From the NCBI GenBank assembly GCA_945788225.1, contig CALZLD010000001.1, positions 1-46,718 on the forward strand: DNA of 46,718 nucleotides, written 5' to 3'. Shown piece after piece: positions 9,652 through 18,151 of this stretch. Position 1 is the stretch's first letter. Every line of letters begins with the position of its first letter. The position numbers and the translations under genes were made by a program. The notes under the pieces are model-generated. The model was not told where the DNA came from, did not search any database, and saw only the letters and a list, made by a program, of their open reading frames with translations. The stretch is from an uncultured Clostridia bacterium (GTDB lineage: Bacteria > Bacillota > Clostridia > Oscillospirales > Ruminococcaceae).

Positions 9652-11514
9652 TCATTCTTTTTTCTCACTTTTAAGCTCATTGACAAAGAGATATATCATT
9701 CCCGCCGCAGTAAGAGCCGCAAAAAATATAGCTCCTGCTTTGAGCAGAGATAATGCAGTCAAAGGCTTTCTGTCACCTTCGCCATTATTGTCAGATGTTG
9801 TGGAAATGCTTCCGTCTGTAACAAATATTTCCGAAACAGTCGTTGTCGGAAGGGGCTTTTCGGTAGCGATAGAAGTAACCGTGGTTGTATCGCCTGTGTT
9901 TTCTGAAAATGGAAGCATAGGAGAAAGCGAGACAAGCATAACGCTGTAAGGTTCAAGCTCAACGGTGATTTCATCGCCGAATACCGAAAACGACTCACCC
10001 TCTGCTATCTCAGGTCTGCCATCGGAAAAGCCGAAAGTCTTTGCAGATGTATATTTGTATTCGGAAGATATTTCTACATTTATTGTTTCTGTAAGGCTAT
10101 CGCTCTTATTGGCAAGAATTATATTGAGAGTACCCTCGTTGTCTATTGCGGCAAAGGACGAGCAGAGTTCATTGTTGCTGTTGTCGGCTCTGACGCTGAC
10201 ATTTCCGAAGTTTCCTCCCCTGCCGTCAAAATTTGTGAAGAGATTTATCGCGGAATACTGATATACCGAGTCTGAATTTTTCTCCGGAGAAAGACATGCA
10301 AGAAACACGCCCTCTTCTGCAAAGCAGCCGAGCGCTTCAACCTGAGCTATTCCTCCCGAGATATTTCCGCCGCCACCGAAATTATATTCGGTAAGGGATA
10401 ATTTTGTTCCCGGATAATACTCGTTTATTGAAGCCTGAAGAGTAGGCAGCAAGGGATAAAATTCCTTATACTCTCCGTCGTTTGTGTACGAACCGTCCCA
10501 TAAAGCTCTGACGGATTGTATTCTGAGTTTGTTTGCTTCGTTGGAATTTTCGGATATTATGCTCATTCCGTAAGAAGTTTTTTCATCGGGAAAATATTTT
10601 ACATCAAGGACATCGATAAGTCTTGAGCCTTTCGTTCCCGACTCCTGACAGATACGGTCCAGATAAAAATCAATAAACCAGCTGTATTCGTTTTTGTATT
10701 TATTCCATCCTGAGTTTTCGGGGAACGAAACACAGCTTTCAAGCGAACCGAAGCCGCCGCCTATGACAAGAGCGTTACTGTCGGATTTTTTTATGGTTTC
10801 GGCAAGAGAGATATTCTTTGAGATATACTCGTCAACGGTAAAATTTCCTGCTGCAAGAGGATATTCCTTTGCCCAGACAAAAGCGTCCCCTCCCATAGAA
10901 TAAGCGCTTACTCCGCCGAATGCGGCTTTGCCGTAATAGTTGATGATATAATTGAGATATTCGTCTATATATACGGCGTCGTCGGTTTTATCGGGAACAA
11001 GAGAATATTCGGAGCCTTTGTGATTATATGTCTTTATCCATCTGTCCGACGGGGCAACCTCGGAATTCAGCAAAGGACCGTTTGAGTCCGCAGAAACATA
11101 TCCAATCATCGGCAATGCGGCAATTGTAAATTCTATGCCGTTCTGCTTTGCCCTGGTCATAAGTCCGTCCGCCGCAACGGCAGGGTCAAAACTGAGGCGG
11201 CTGTATCTGTCTGAAATATAATCGCGGTTTGAGGCAAGATAGCTCTCGCCTGCGTTTGAGAAATTATTCTCCCAGTTATATGTCATAAAGTCATTGCCTG
11301 CCTGATTAAGGGCGGTTGTCTTTAAGCCTGAAAGAGAAGCGGTATCATTTATGCCGTAAATATATTTGCTTATAGCTTTTCTGTCGAGATTTGTGTCTAC
11401 CGTTACATTTATCTCATATTTTTCATCGGCAAAAGCATACTGCGCCGATGACAAAACCATTGCAAAAGCAGCCGAAAAGCAACACAACGACTTTAAAAAA
11501 GCATTTTTTCGCAT
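9652..11514 (-). CDS. Secreted glycoside hydrolase (GH44-like by motif recall) with a Thr-rich linker and a C-terminal transmembrane anchor
   Basis: 620 aa. N-terminal signal peptide (MRKNAFLKSLCCFSAAFAMVLSSAQYAFA). The YIYGIN..AGNDFMTYNWENNFSNAG motif resembles what I recall from GH44 endoglucanases/xyloglucanases. The C-terminus is a T/S-rich stretch followed by the hydrophobic helix ALSLLKAGAIFFAALTAAGMIYLF and a KSEKKE tail. The family assignment is from memory and unverified. Confidence 0.6.
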   Translation of the reverse strand: MRKNAFLKSLCCFSAAFAMVLSSAQYAFADEKYEINVTVDTNLDRKAISKYIYGINDTASLSGLKTTALNQAGNDFMTYNWENNFSNAGESYLASNRDYISDRYSRLSFDPAVAADGLMTRAKQNGIEFTIAALPMIGYVSADSNGPLLNSEVAPSDRWIKTYNHKGSEYSLVPDKTDDAVYIDEYLNYIINYYGKAAFGGVSAYSMGGDAFVWAKEYPLAAGNFTVDEYISKNISLAETIKKSDSNALVIGGGFGSLESCVSFPENSGWNKYKNEYSWFIDFYLDRICQESGTKGSRLIDVLDVKYFPDEKTSYGMSIISENSNEANKLRIQSVRALWDGSYTNDGEYKEFYPLLPTLQASINEYYPGTKLSLTEYNFGGGGNISGGIAQVEALGCFAEEGVFLACLSPEKNSDSVYQYSAINLFTNFDGRGGNFGNVSVRADNSNNELCSSFAAIDNEGTLNIILANKSDSLTETINVEISSEYKYTSAKTFGFSDGRPEIAEGESFSVFGDEITVELEPYSVMLVSLSPMLPFSENTGDTTTVTSIATEKPLPTTTVSEIFVTDGSISTTSDNNGEGDRKPLTALSLLKAGAIFFAALTAAGMIYLFVNELKSEKKE

Positions 11515-11555
11515 AACCGTCCTCCTTTTCTCATTCTTTAAAAAAATCGAAATAT

Positions 11556-11584
11556 ATTATATCACACGATAATGAAAAAGTCAA
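11556..11584 (-). promoter_or_regulatory. Sigma-A type promoter for the glycoside hydrolase gene
   Basis: On the minus strand: TTGACT, 17-nt spacer, TGATATAAT (extended -10). Confidence 0.6.
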
Positions 11585-11591
11585 ATAAAAT

Positions 11592-11619
11592 ACAGCGCCT
11601 GTATCACTACAAACGCTGT
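11592..11619 (-). terminator. Weak terminator downstream of glnN
   Basis: ACAGCG-16 nt-CGCTGT followed on the minus strand by ATTTTATTT. The stem is short, so confidence is low. Confidence 0.35.
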
Positions 11620-11626
11620 TGATTTT

Positions 11627-13729
11627 TTATACTCCGAAAAGAAGCTCGGCATAGGTCGGGAACGGCCACAATTTTTCAGGTACTATAGTTTCCATCTCGT
11701 CAGCCGAAGCGCGAAGAGAGTTCATCGCAGGGATGATTTCATCACGGCAAAATTCAGCAAGCTTCAACGAGTCGCTGAGTTTTGCAAATTCATTGAGCTT
11801 TTCTTCGAGAAGCTCTGTTTTTTGGAGAAGTTCATCAGTGAGAACGGAAAGTCTTTCTGCAAGCTTTGTTTCCGCTCCGCCCGAAAGACCTATCGCCTTT
11901 TTGGAAGATACTGTATCGCAAAGCTGTTTTGTAAATTCTATTCCCGCGGGCAGAATTTCCTTTCTTGCCATATCTGTCATTGTGAGAGCTTCGATATGAA
12001 TAAGCTTGCTGTAATTTTCAATGAGTATTTCGTATCTTGACTGAACCTCGGACTTTGTGAAAATCTTGAACTTTTCAAACATCTTTATGTTCTTGTCGTC
12101 GGTATAATGAGGCAGACAGTCAACGGTTGTCGGATAATTCTTAAGGCCTCTCTTTTCGGCTTCCTTAACCCATTCCTCAGAATAGTTGTTTCCGTTAAAA
12201 ATAACCCTTTTATGCTCTTTGAGAGTTTCTGAAAGAAGCTTGCTGAGTTCCGTTGTAAAGTCGTCAGCCTTTTCAAGACGGTCGGCAAACTCGCAGAGTT
12301 CTTCCGCCACTATTGTATTGAGCATAACATTTGAGCAGGAAATAGAGTCCGCAGAGCCGAGCGAACGAAACTCAAACTTATTGCCCGTGAATGCAAAGGG
12401 AGAAGTTCTGTTGCGGTCGGTGGTATCTTTGGGGAAATTCGGGAGAGCCTCAACTCCTATAACAAATTCCTTTTTCTTATTGGATTTGATAAGCTTTCCA
12501 CTTTCAAGAGCCTCGACAATTTTTTCAAGCTCGTCGCCGAGAAAAATAGATACTATTGCGGGCGGAGCCTCAGCCGCGCCGAGACGATGGTCATTTCCTG
12601 CGCTTGCTACAGAGATACGCAGAAGGTCGGCATATTCGTCAACACCTTTGATTATTGCGCACAGAAAAGTCAGGAACTGAAAATTCCTGCTCGGAGAGTT
12701 TCCCGGTTCAAGAAGGTTCTGACCGTCGTTTGTGACAAGTGCCCAGTTATTATGCTTTCCGCTTCCGTTTACTCCAGCAAAGGGCTTTTCGTGAAGAAGA
12801 CATACAAGACCGTGCTTACGGGCAACCTTCTTCATAACATCCATAGTAAGCTGATTCTGGTCTGCGGCGATATTTGCCGTTGTAAATATAGGGGCAAGCT
12901 CGTGCTGAGCGGGAGCCGCCTCGTTATGCTTTGTTTTCGAGAGTACTCCGAGTTTCCAGAGCTCGCAGTCAAGCTCTTTCATATACTCCGATACTCTGTC
13001 CTTTAACGAGCCGAAATAGTGGTCGTCCATTTCCTGTCCTTTGGGCGCTTTTGCTCCGAAAAGGGTTCTGCCGGCAAAGATAAGATCTTTTCTCTTATCA
13101 TAAGCGGCTTTGTCCACAAGAAAATATTCCTGCTCGGCACCTACGGTTGTACTTACTCTTGTTGCCGTGGTGTTTCCGAAAAGGCGGAGTATTCTTAAGG
13201 CCTGTTCACTTATTACCTCCATAGAGCGAAGAAGAGGAGTTTTTTTGTCAAGCACCTCGCCGCTGTATGAGCAGAAAGCGGTGGGAATATAAAGAGTTGT
13301 GTCCCTTACAAAAACATTCGAGGTAGGGTCCCACGCGGTATATCCCCTTGCTTCAAAGGTTGCGCGCAGACCGCCTGACGGAAAAGACGATGCGTCGGGC
13401 TCGCCCTTTATAAGCTCCTTGCCCGAAAATTCCATAATCACTCTGCCGTCCGTTGTGGGAGCTATGAACGAATCGTGCTTCTCGGCGGTTATACCTGTCA
13501 TAGGGTGAAACCAATGGGTATAGTGGGTAGCGCCCTTTTCAACCGCCCAATCCTTCATAGCGTTTGCGATGACTTCGGCAACATCGGTGTCAAGAGCGAC
13601 GCCAAGTTCCCTTGTGTTTTTCAGTGCCTTATAGACATTCTTTGGAAGTCTTTCTCTCATAATGGTTTCGTTGAAAACATTACAGCCGAAATATTCGGTC
13701 ACGCAAGAATTCTTTTCGGATATCTGCAT
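11627..13729 (-). CDS. glnN: Glutamine synthetase, type III
   Basis: About 700 aa, the size class of GSIII. Conserved GS catalytic region (EQEYFLVD, NGSGKHNNWAL, APPAIVSIFLGD). Start set at the ATG at 13727-13729, 7 nt after an AAGGGGGA RBS; the track ORF starts 11 codons earlier. Confidence 0.9.
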   Translation of the reverse strand: MQISEKNSCVTEYFGCNVFNETIMRERLPKNVYKALKNTRELGVALDTDVAEVIANAMKDWAVEKGATHYTHWFHPMTGITAEKHDSFIAPTTDGRVIMEFSGKELIKGEPDASSFPSGGLRATFEARGYTAWDPTSNVFVRDTTLYIPTAFCSYSGEVLDKKTPLLRSMEVISEQALRILRLFGNTTATRVSTTVGAEQEYFLVDKAAYDKRKDLIFAGRTLFGAKAPKGQEMDDHYFGSLKDRVSEYMKELDCELWKLGVLSKTKHNEAAPAQHELAPIFTTANIAADQNQLTMDVMKKVARKHGLVCLLHEKPFAGVNGSGKHNNWALVTNDGQNLLEPGNSPSRNFQFLTFLCAIIKGVDEYADLLRISVASAGNDHRLGAAEAPPAIVSIFLGDELEKIVEALESGKLIKSNKKKEFVIGVEALPNFPKDTTDRNRTSPFAFTGNKFEFRSLGSADSISCSNVMLNTIVAEELCEFADRLEKADDFTTELSKLLSETLKEHKRVIFNGNNYSEEWVKEAEKRGLKNYPTTVDCLPHYTDDKNIKMFEKFKIFTKSEVQSRYEILIENYSKLIHIEALTMTDMARKEILPAGIEFTKQLCDTVSSKKAIGLSGGAETKLAERLSVLTDELLQKTELLEEKLNEFAKLSDSLKLAEFCRDEIIPAMNSLRASADEMETIVPEKLWPFPTYAELLFGV

Positions 13730-13744
13730 CTGATGATCCCCCTT

Positions 13745-13792
13745 AAAATGAAAGCACTTCAATCCGACAGAGTTACTATCAAACTGAAGTGC
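13745..13792 (-). promoter_or_regulatory. Terminator-like hairpin in the glnN 5' leader (possible attenuator)
   Basis: On the minus strand: GCACTTCA-23 nt-TGAAGTGC followed by TTTCATTTT. It lies between the predicted promoter and the glnN RBS. Confidence 0.45.
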
Positions 13793-13809
13793 AGTGATTT
13801 ACTATTGAC

Positions 13810-13838
13810 ATTATATCATACGGCGCAGATTGTGTCAA
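13810..13838 (-). promoter_or_regulatory. Consensus sigma-A promoter for glnN
   Basis: On the minus strand: TTGACA (13838-13833), exactly 17 nt, TATAAT (13815-13810). Confidence 0.7.
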
Positions 13839-13897
13839 CACCGACAAATATAAATCATTTGTGATTTTGATTTGTCAAACTGTGCATTTTTCACAAG

Positions 13898-15760
13898 CTA
13901 TTTATAGTCGGGAGACTCCGCCGTTGCACGATACTCCGCAGCCTCTTTGAGCGTTGCGTTGAAATCGTCCTCGTCAAGCGGTTTACCGAGAAGATAACCC
14001 TGAACGCAGTCACAACCGCAATCGCGCAGGAAATTAAGCTGTTCTTCAACTTCTACTCCCTCTGCCACAACGAACAGATTCATATTATGCGCAAGAGAAA
14101 TTATCGAGCCGACAATTTCCTTTTCGGACTCGGCACGGTTGATGCCGTCAACAAAGGACTTATCAATCTTCAAGGTATCGATCGGGAGAGAGCGGAGATA
14201 ATGAAGCGACGAATAGCCTGTTCCGAAATCGTCAAGCGCTATGGATATTCCAAGTTCCTTTATCTTATTGAGAACTTCAACGGCGCTGTCGACGGACTTT
14301 ATGAAAACAGACTCAGTAATCTCTATTTCAAGATTTCTGCCGTAAACACCCGTTTCTTTCATAACGCTTTCAATAATATCGTAAAAATCGGGTTGCATAA
14401 GCTGAATTGTAGAAATATTGACGGAAAGAACTATATCATCAAGACCGTATGTATCCATAGCCGTGCGGAGCTTCCGACAAGCCTCACGGAAAATCCATGT
14501 GCCGAGCTCAATGATAAGACCTGTTTCCTCAGCCATAGGAATAAACTGTACGGGGCTGACAAGACCGAGTTCCTCTGAACGCCAGCGGACGAGAGCCTCA
14601 AAGCCGCGGAGCTTTTTGCCGTCGGGAGCGTGCTGGGGCTGGAACATAAGGTGAAATTCTTCTTTGTTAATACCTGCGACAAGGCTCGCCTCAAAGTCGA
14701 CCTTGCTCTGAATTTCTTCTTTCATCTCGTGGCTGAAAAATTCAACTCTGTTTCTTCCCTCGGACTTCGCTTTGTAAAGCGCCATATCGGCGCATTTAAG
14801 CAGTTCTGTTGAATCGCTTCCGTCTTTCGGATAAGCGGAAGCGCCGAAGCTTGCGTTAACCGATACCTCTTCATCCTCTATCTGAATCGGGGCGGAAATA
14901 GCTTTGCGGATTTCTTCGATATAATCAAGTATTTCAGCCTTTTCGATGTCACGCTGAATGAGAATTGCAAATTCGTCTCCGCTGAGTCTGCCGAACATAT
15001 CGTCGGAATCGAGTGTGGATGTTACACGCTGGGCAATTTTCTTTATTACAATATCGCCACGGTCGTGGCCTAAAATATCGTTGACTCTCTTGAAATTGTC
15101 AAGGTCGATGAACACAACGGTGAATTTCTTGTTCATCTTTGCTGAAAAGCTTATATGAAAGTCAAGTCTGTTGATTATCATTCTTCTGTTTGGAAGCTCG
15201 GTGAGTTCATCGAACAATGCCATGTGGTTGAGTCGTTCTTCGTTTTCTTTAATTACTCTTGACGACTCGATAAGCTGTTCGTTGATTTTTCTGACTTCCT
15301 CGTAGGCTTCCTCGGCTTCCTCGGCAAGCTTGATAAGTTCCTCGCGCTGTTCCTTTGCCTCTCTCATTGAATGATAGAGCTTTCTCATAATAACAAAAAG
15401 GAATGTAATGGAGATAATTGTTCCTATCGGGATAACTACACCCATCAACGAAAAAGGAACATCGGGAATAAGCATTGACAGAAAAACATTTGCTATGGAA
15501 AGAACGCTTAGAATAATAGCGGTAACATATCCCCTCTTATAATACCTGGCTGTAAGGACTATGGCGACAGCAACCTGCAACTGTGCTATTATGCTTTTAG
15601 CAAACATAACAGTAGTGAATGCCTGAACTACCATCATGAAAACATAAAGAAGGCACCAGAATACTATGAAGGCAATATCCTTTTTATTGCGTTCTTCAAT
15701 GACCTTTTCATCAGCCTCTTCGCCGACTATTTCATCAACGCAATCGGAAATATTCCGCAT
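13898..15760 (-). CDS. Membrane-bound GGDEF-EAL protein (c-di-GMP cyclase/phosphodiesterase; GGDEF motif is SGDEF)
   Basis: 620 aa. Has 4-5 N-terminal hydrophobic helices, a coiled-coil linker and a GGDEF domain with RLSGDEFAIL. The EAL domain has EALVRW, DDFGTGYSSL and KIDKSF motifs. ATG with an AAAGGGGTGA RBS. Confidence 0.88.
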   Translation of the reverse strand: MRNISDCVDEIVGEEADEKVIEERNKKDIAFIVFWCLLYVFMMVVQAFTTVMFAKSIIAQLQVAVAIVLTARYYKRGYVTAIILSVLSIANVFLSMLIPDVPFSLMGVVIPIGTIISITFLFVIMRKLYHSMREAKEQREELIKLAEEAEEAYEEVRKINEQLIESSRVIKENEERLNHMALFDELTELPNRRMIINRLDFHISFSAKMNKKFTVVFIDLDNFKRVNDILGHDRGDIVIKKIAQRVTSTLDSDDMFGRLSGDEFAILIQRDIEKAEILDYIEEIRKAISAPIQIEDEEVSVNASFGASAYPKDGSDSTELLKCADMALYKAKSEGRNRVEFFSHEMKEEIQSKVDFEASLVAGINKEEFHLMFQPQHAPDGKKLRGFEALVRWRSEELGLVSPVQFIPMAEETGLIIELGTWIFREACRKLRTAMDTYGLDDIVLSVNISTIQLMQPDFYDIIESVMKETGVYGRNLEIEITESVFIKSVDSAVEVLNKIKELGISIALDDFGTGYSSLHYLRSLPIDTLKIDKSFVDGINRAESEKEIVGSIISLAHNMNLFVVAEGVEVEEQLNFLRDCGCDCVQGYLLGKPLDEDDFNATLKEAAEYRATAESPDYK

Positions 15761-15939
15761 ATTCTGTCACCCCTTTCTTAGTTGTCTTCAAACTGCACGA
15801 ATTTATTGTAATTTTATCACCAAAGTTAATTTCAAGTCAACACTTTAACAATTAGTTTACAAATATTGCAAAAAGTCTTACCTTTTCAACATAACGGTCA
15901 AAATAAATTTGTAAAATATGCTATAACACAAAAATATAT

Positions 15940-15968
15940 TTGACAATTTTATAGTTATTTGTTATAAT
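15940..15968 (+). promoter_or_regulatory. Consensus sigma-A promoter for the dynamin-like operon
   Basis: TTGACA (15940-15945), 17-nt spacer, TGTTATAAT (TATAAT at 15963-15968, extended -10 TG). Lies about 60 nt upstream of the first ATG. Confidence 0.7.
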
Positions 15969-16029
15969 ATCAATATATGTATGCTCATTTCGCTGAATCG
16001 AAAAATACATTCAGTATCAGGAGGCTATT

Positions 16030-18111
16030 ATGAACCAGACCTTTGATTACGGAAGCTATTCCGCCTATAAAGAAACGGTGGAAACCCTTAAGGAAAGACT
16101 TACTCTTCTTATGCAGTATTGCGACTCTCTGGGACTTGAACGAACCTCGAAGTCTATTGCGGCAACGATAGAAAAAGTTGCGCAGGAGCATTTTGAGGTT
16201 GCTATTGTCGGCGAGTTCAAAAGAGGAAAATCGACCCTTATCAACGCGATGCTCGGACAGGAAGTTCTTCCTGCCGATGTTCTTCCCGCTACGGCGACAT
16301 TGAACAGAGTTACATACAGTGAAACTCCTTATGTTACAATTGAATACAAAAGCGGAGAAAAAGAAAGCGTTGATATTGCAGAGCTTGCAAATTATGTTAC
16401 AAAGCTTTCATTTGAATCGGAACAGAAAGCTGAGACCATAAAAGAAGCTACGGTTTATTACGACACCGACTTCTGCAAAAACAATGTCGATATTATCGAC
16501 ACTCCGGGTCTCAACGATGACGAGCAGATGACAAATGTTACATTGTCAATACTGCCTGAAATTGACGCCGCTGTTTTTGTAATCAGCGCAAATTCTCCTT
16601 TTTCCCAGTTTGAAAAGGAATTTCTTGAAAAGAAGATGCTGACGAGCGACCTCGGAAGAATAATTTTCGCAGTAAACTGCTTCGGCACCTTTGCGCGCGA
16701 GGACGAGGAACGCATCGTTGAAACTGTCCGCAAGCGTATCGGACAGTATGTTATGGACAAAGCCAAGGCGGTTATGGGCGAGGATTCTAAGGAATTTGCA
16801 GTCTATAAGCGCAAGATAGGTCTTCCCAAGGTTATAGGAGTATATGCAAAGAAAGCCCTCGTTGCAAAACAGACGGGCGACGCCGCTATGCTTGAAGAAA
16901 GTAACTTCCCCGTTTTCGAGCATACGCTTGAATCTCTGCTCACAAAGGACAGAGGTTCTATCACCTTACAGATGCTTGCAAACAAGATTATCAGTTCAGG
17001 TTCGGAGCTTATCAACTCTACTGTTCTTCGCGAAAACGCACTTCTTATGGAAACAGACGAGTTCCTTGAAAAATATCAGGCTGCCATAGATGAAATCGAG
17101 GATATCCGAACCAAGAAGCGTGAAGAATTTGTAAGAATCAACGAGGCCGCAAACAAGGCATTCACCGACTTGCAGCCTATCCTTGACGATTACTGGGTTC
17201 AGATTGAAGACACCGCAATGCAGGTTATCGACGAATTCCCGATGACATCGGAAGACCTCAAGCGTGACAGAATGAAGCTTGTCAACGCAAAACTTACCGA
17301 AAAGATAAGAGAAAGCATCGAAAACAAGGCACAGCTCATCTGTGAACAGATTCAGAATGAGATTAACATTGCCCTTTCGGACGAAGCGGAGCGTCTGCAA
17401 TCCTTCGAGGACGAATTCTTTGCGTCGGTTAACCGAATTCAAGAGATGTTCTCTGTTCCCGAGCGCCCTGTTAATCAGGTTATCGGCTCGGCAATAGGCT
17501 CTATCATAAACTTTGGCGTCGGCGGAATATTCATCGGCTTCCGCGAGGCAGGCGTCAAGGGTGCGCTCTTAGGCGGAGTTACAGGCTTTGCAGGATTCTA
17601 TGCAACATTCTTTGCGGCTATTTATCTTGCCGGAGCGCTCGGAATTGCAACAGCGGGACCTGTTACTCTCTGCGTTATCGCTATAGCAGGTATAGCAGGA
17701 ACATTCTCGGGCAAGTTCTCGGTTGACAAACTGCTCGTTCAGGAAAGAATAGAAAAGTACAAGGCTGATTTCAAGTCGACCGTTAAAAAGCAGTTCAAGG
17801 AAATGAAAATTAATTCGGACTTCTCGGAAACTGTTCGTCAGCAGGTATTCAATTCGTTTGAAGGACTCAAAGCAAAGCTTGAAAGCGAAACCGAGGTCAT
17901 CCTTGAAGATACACAGAAAACCCTTGACAACCTCAACAAGCTCAAGGCTGAACAGAAAGAACTTTCGGATTCCGAGAGAGAATGGCTCAGAAGCGTTGCA
18001 GAGTATGTCGGCGGTCTTCTTGCCGAGGCTTACGGTCTTTATCAGACCATTACAAAAGTCGAGGAAGAAACCGTTGCGGGAACTGATGAAGAAGAAGCTC
18101 AGACTGTATAA
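16030..18111 (+). CDS. Dynamin-family GTPase (bacterial dynamin-like protein) with an internal glycine-rich double transmembrane hairpin
   Basis: 693 aa. P-loop GEFKRGKSTLINAMLG (16210-), G3 DTPGLND (16498-), and a long helical stalk. Hydrophobic Gly-rich segment GSAIGSIINFGVGGIFIGF...GALLGGVTGFAGFYATFFAAIYLAGALGIATAGPVTLCVIAIAGIAG (about 17478-17720). Coiled-coil C-terminus with an acidic tail. AGGAGG RBS. Confidence 0.85.
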   Translation: MNQTFDYGSYSAYKETVETLKERLTLLMQYCDSLGLERTSKSIAATIEKVAQEHFEVAIVGEFKRGKSTLINAMLGQEVLPADVLPATATLNRVTYSETPYVTIEYKSGEKESVDIAELANYVTKLSFESEQKAETIKEATVYYDTDFCKNNVDIIDTPGLNDDEQMTNVTLSILPEIDAAVFVISANSPFSQFEKEFLEKKMLTSDLGRIIFAVNCFGTFAREDEERIVETVRKRIGQYVMDKAKAVMGEDSKEFAVYKRKIGLPKVIGVYAKKALVAKQTGDAAMLEESNFPVFEHTLESLLTKDRGSITLQMLANKIISSGSELINSTVLRENALLMETDEFLEKYQAAIDEIEDIRTKKREEFVRINEAANKAFTDLQPILDDYWVQIEDTAMQVIDEFPMTSEDLKRDRMKLVNAKLTEKIRESIENKAQLICEQIQNEINIALSDEAERLQSFEDEFFASVNRIQEMFSVPERPVNQVIGSAIGSIINFGVGGIFIGFREAGVKGALLGGVTGFAGFYATFFAAIYLAGALGIATAGPVTLCVIAIAGIAGTFSGKFSVDKLLVQERIEKYKADFKSTVKKQFKEMKINSDFSETVRQQVFNSFEGLKAKLESETEVILEDTQKTLDNLNKLKAEQKELSDSEREWLRSVAEYVGGLLAEAYGLYQTITKVEEETVAGTDEEEAQTV

Positions 18112-18151
18112 CTTATGTTCTGTTTAAATAACCATTAAGGAGGCCGACTCG

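Noticed and set aside
13860-13877. TGTGATTTTGATTTGTCA upstream of the glnN promoter, considered as a TnrA/GlnR operator
   Set aside because: It does not fit TGTNA-N7-TNACA: the right half reads TTGTC rather than TNACA. The half-sites are not a true inverted repeat.
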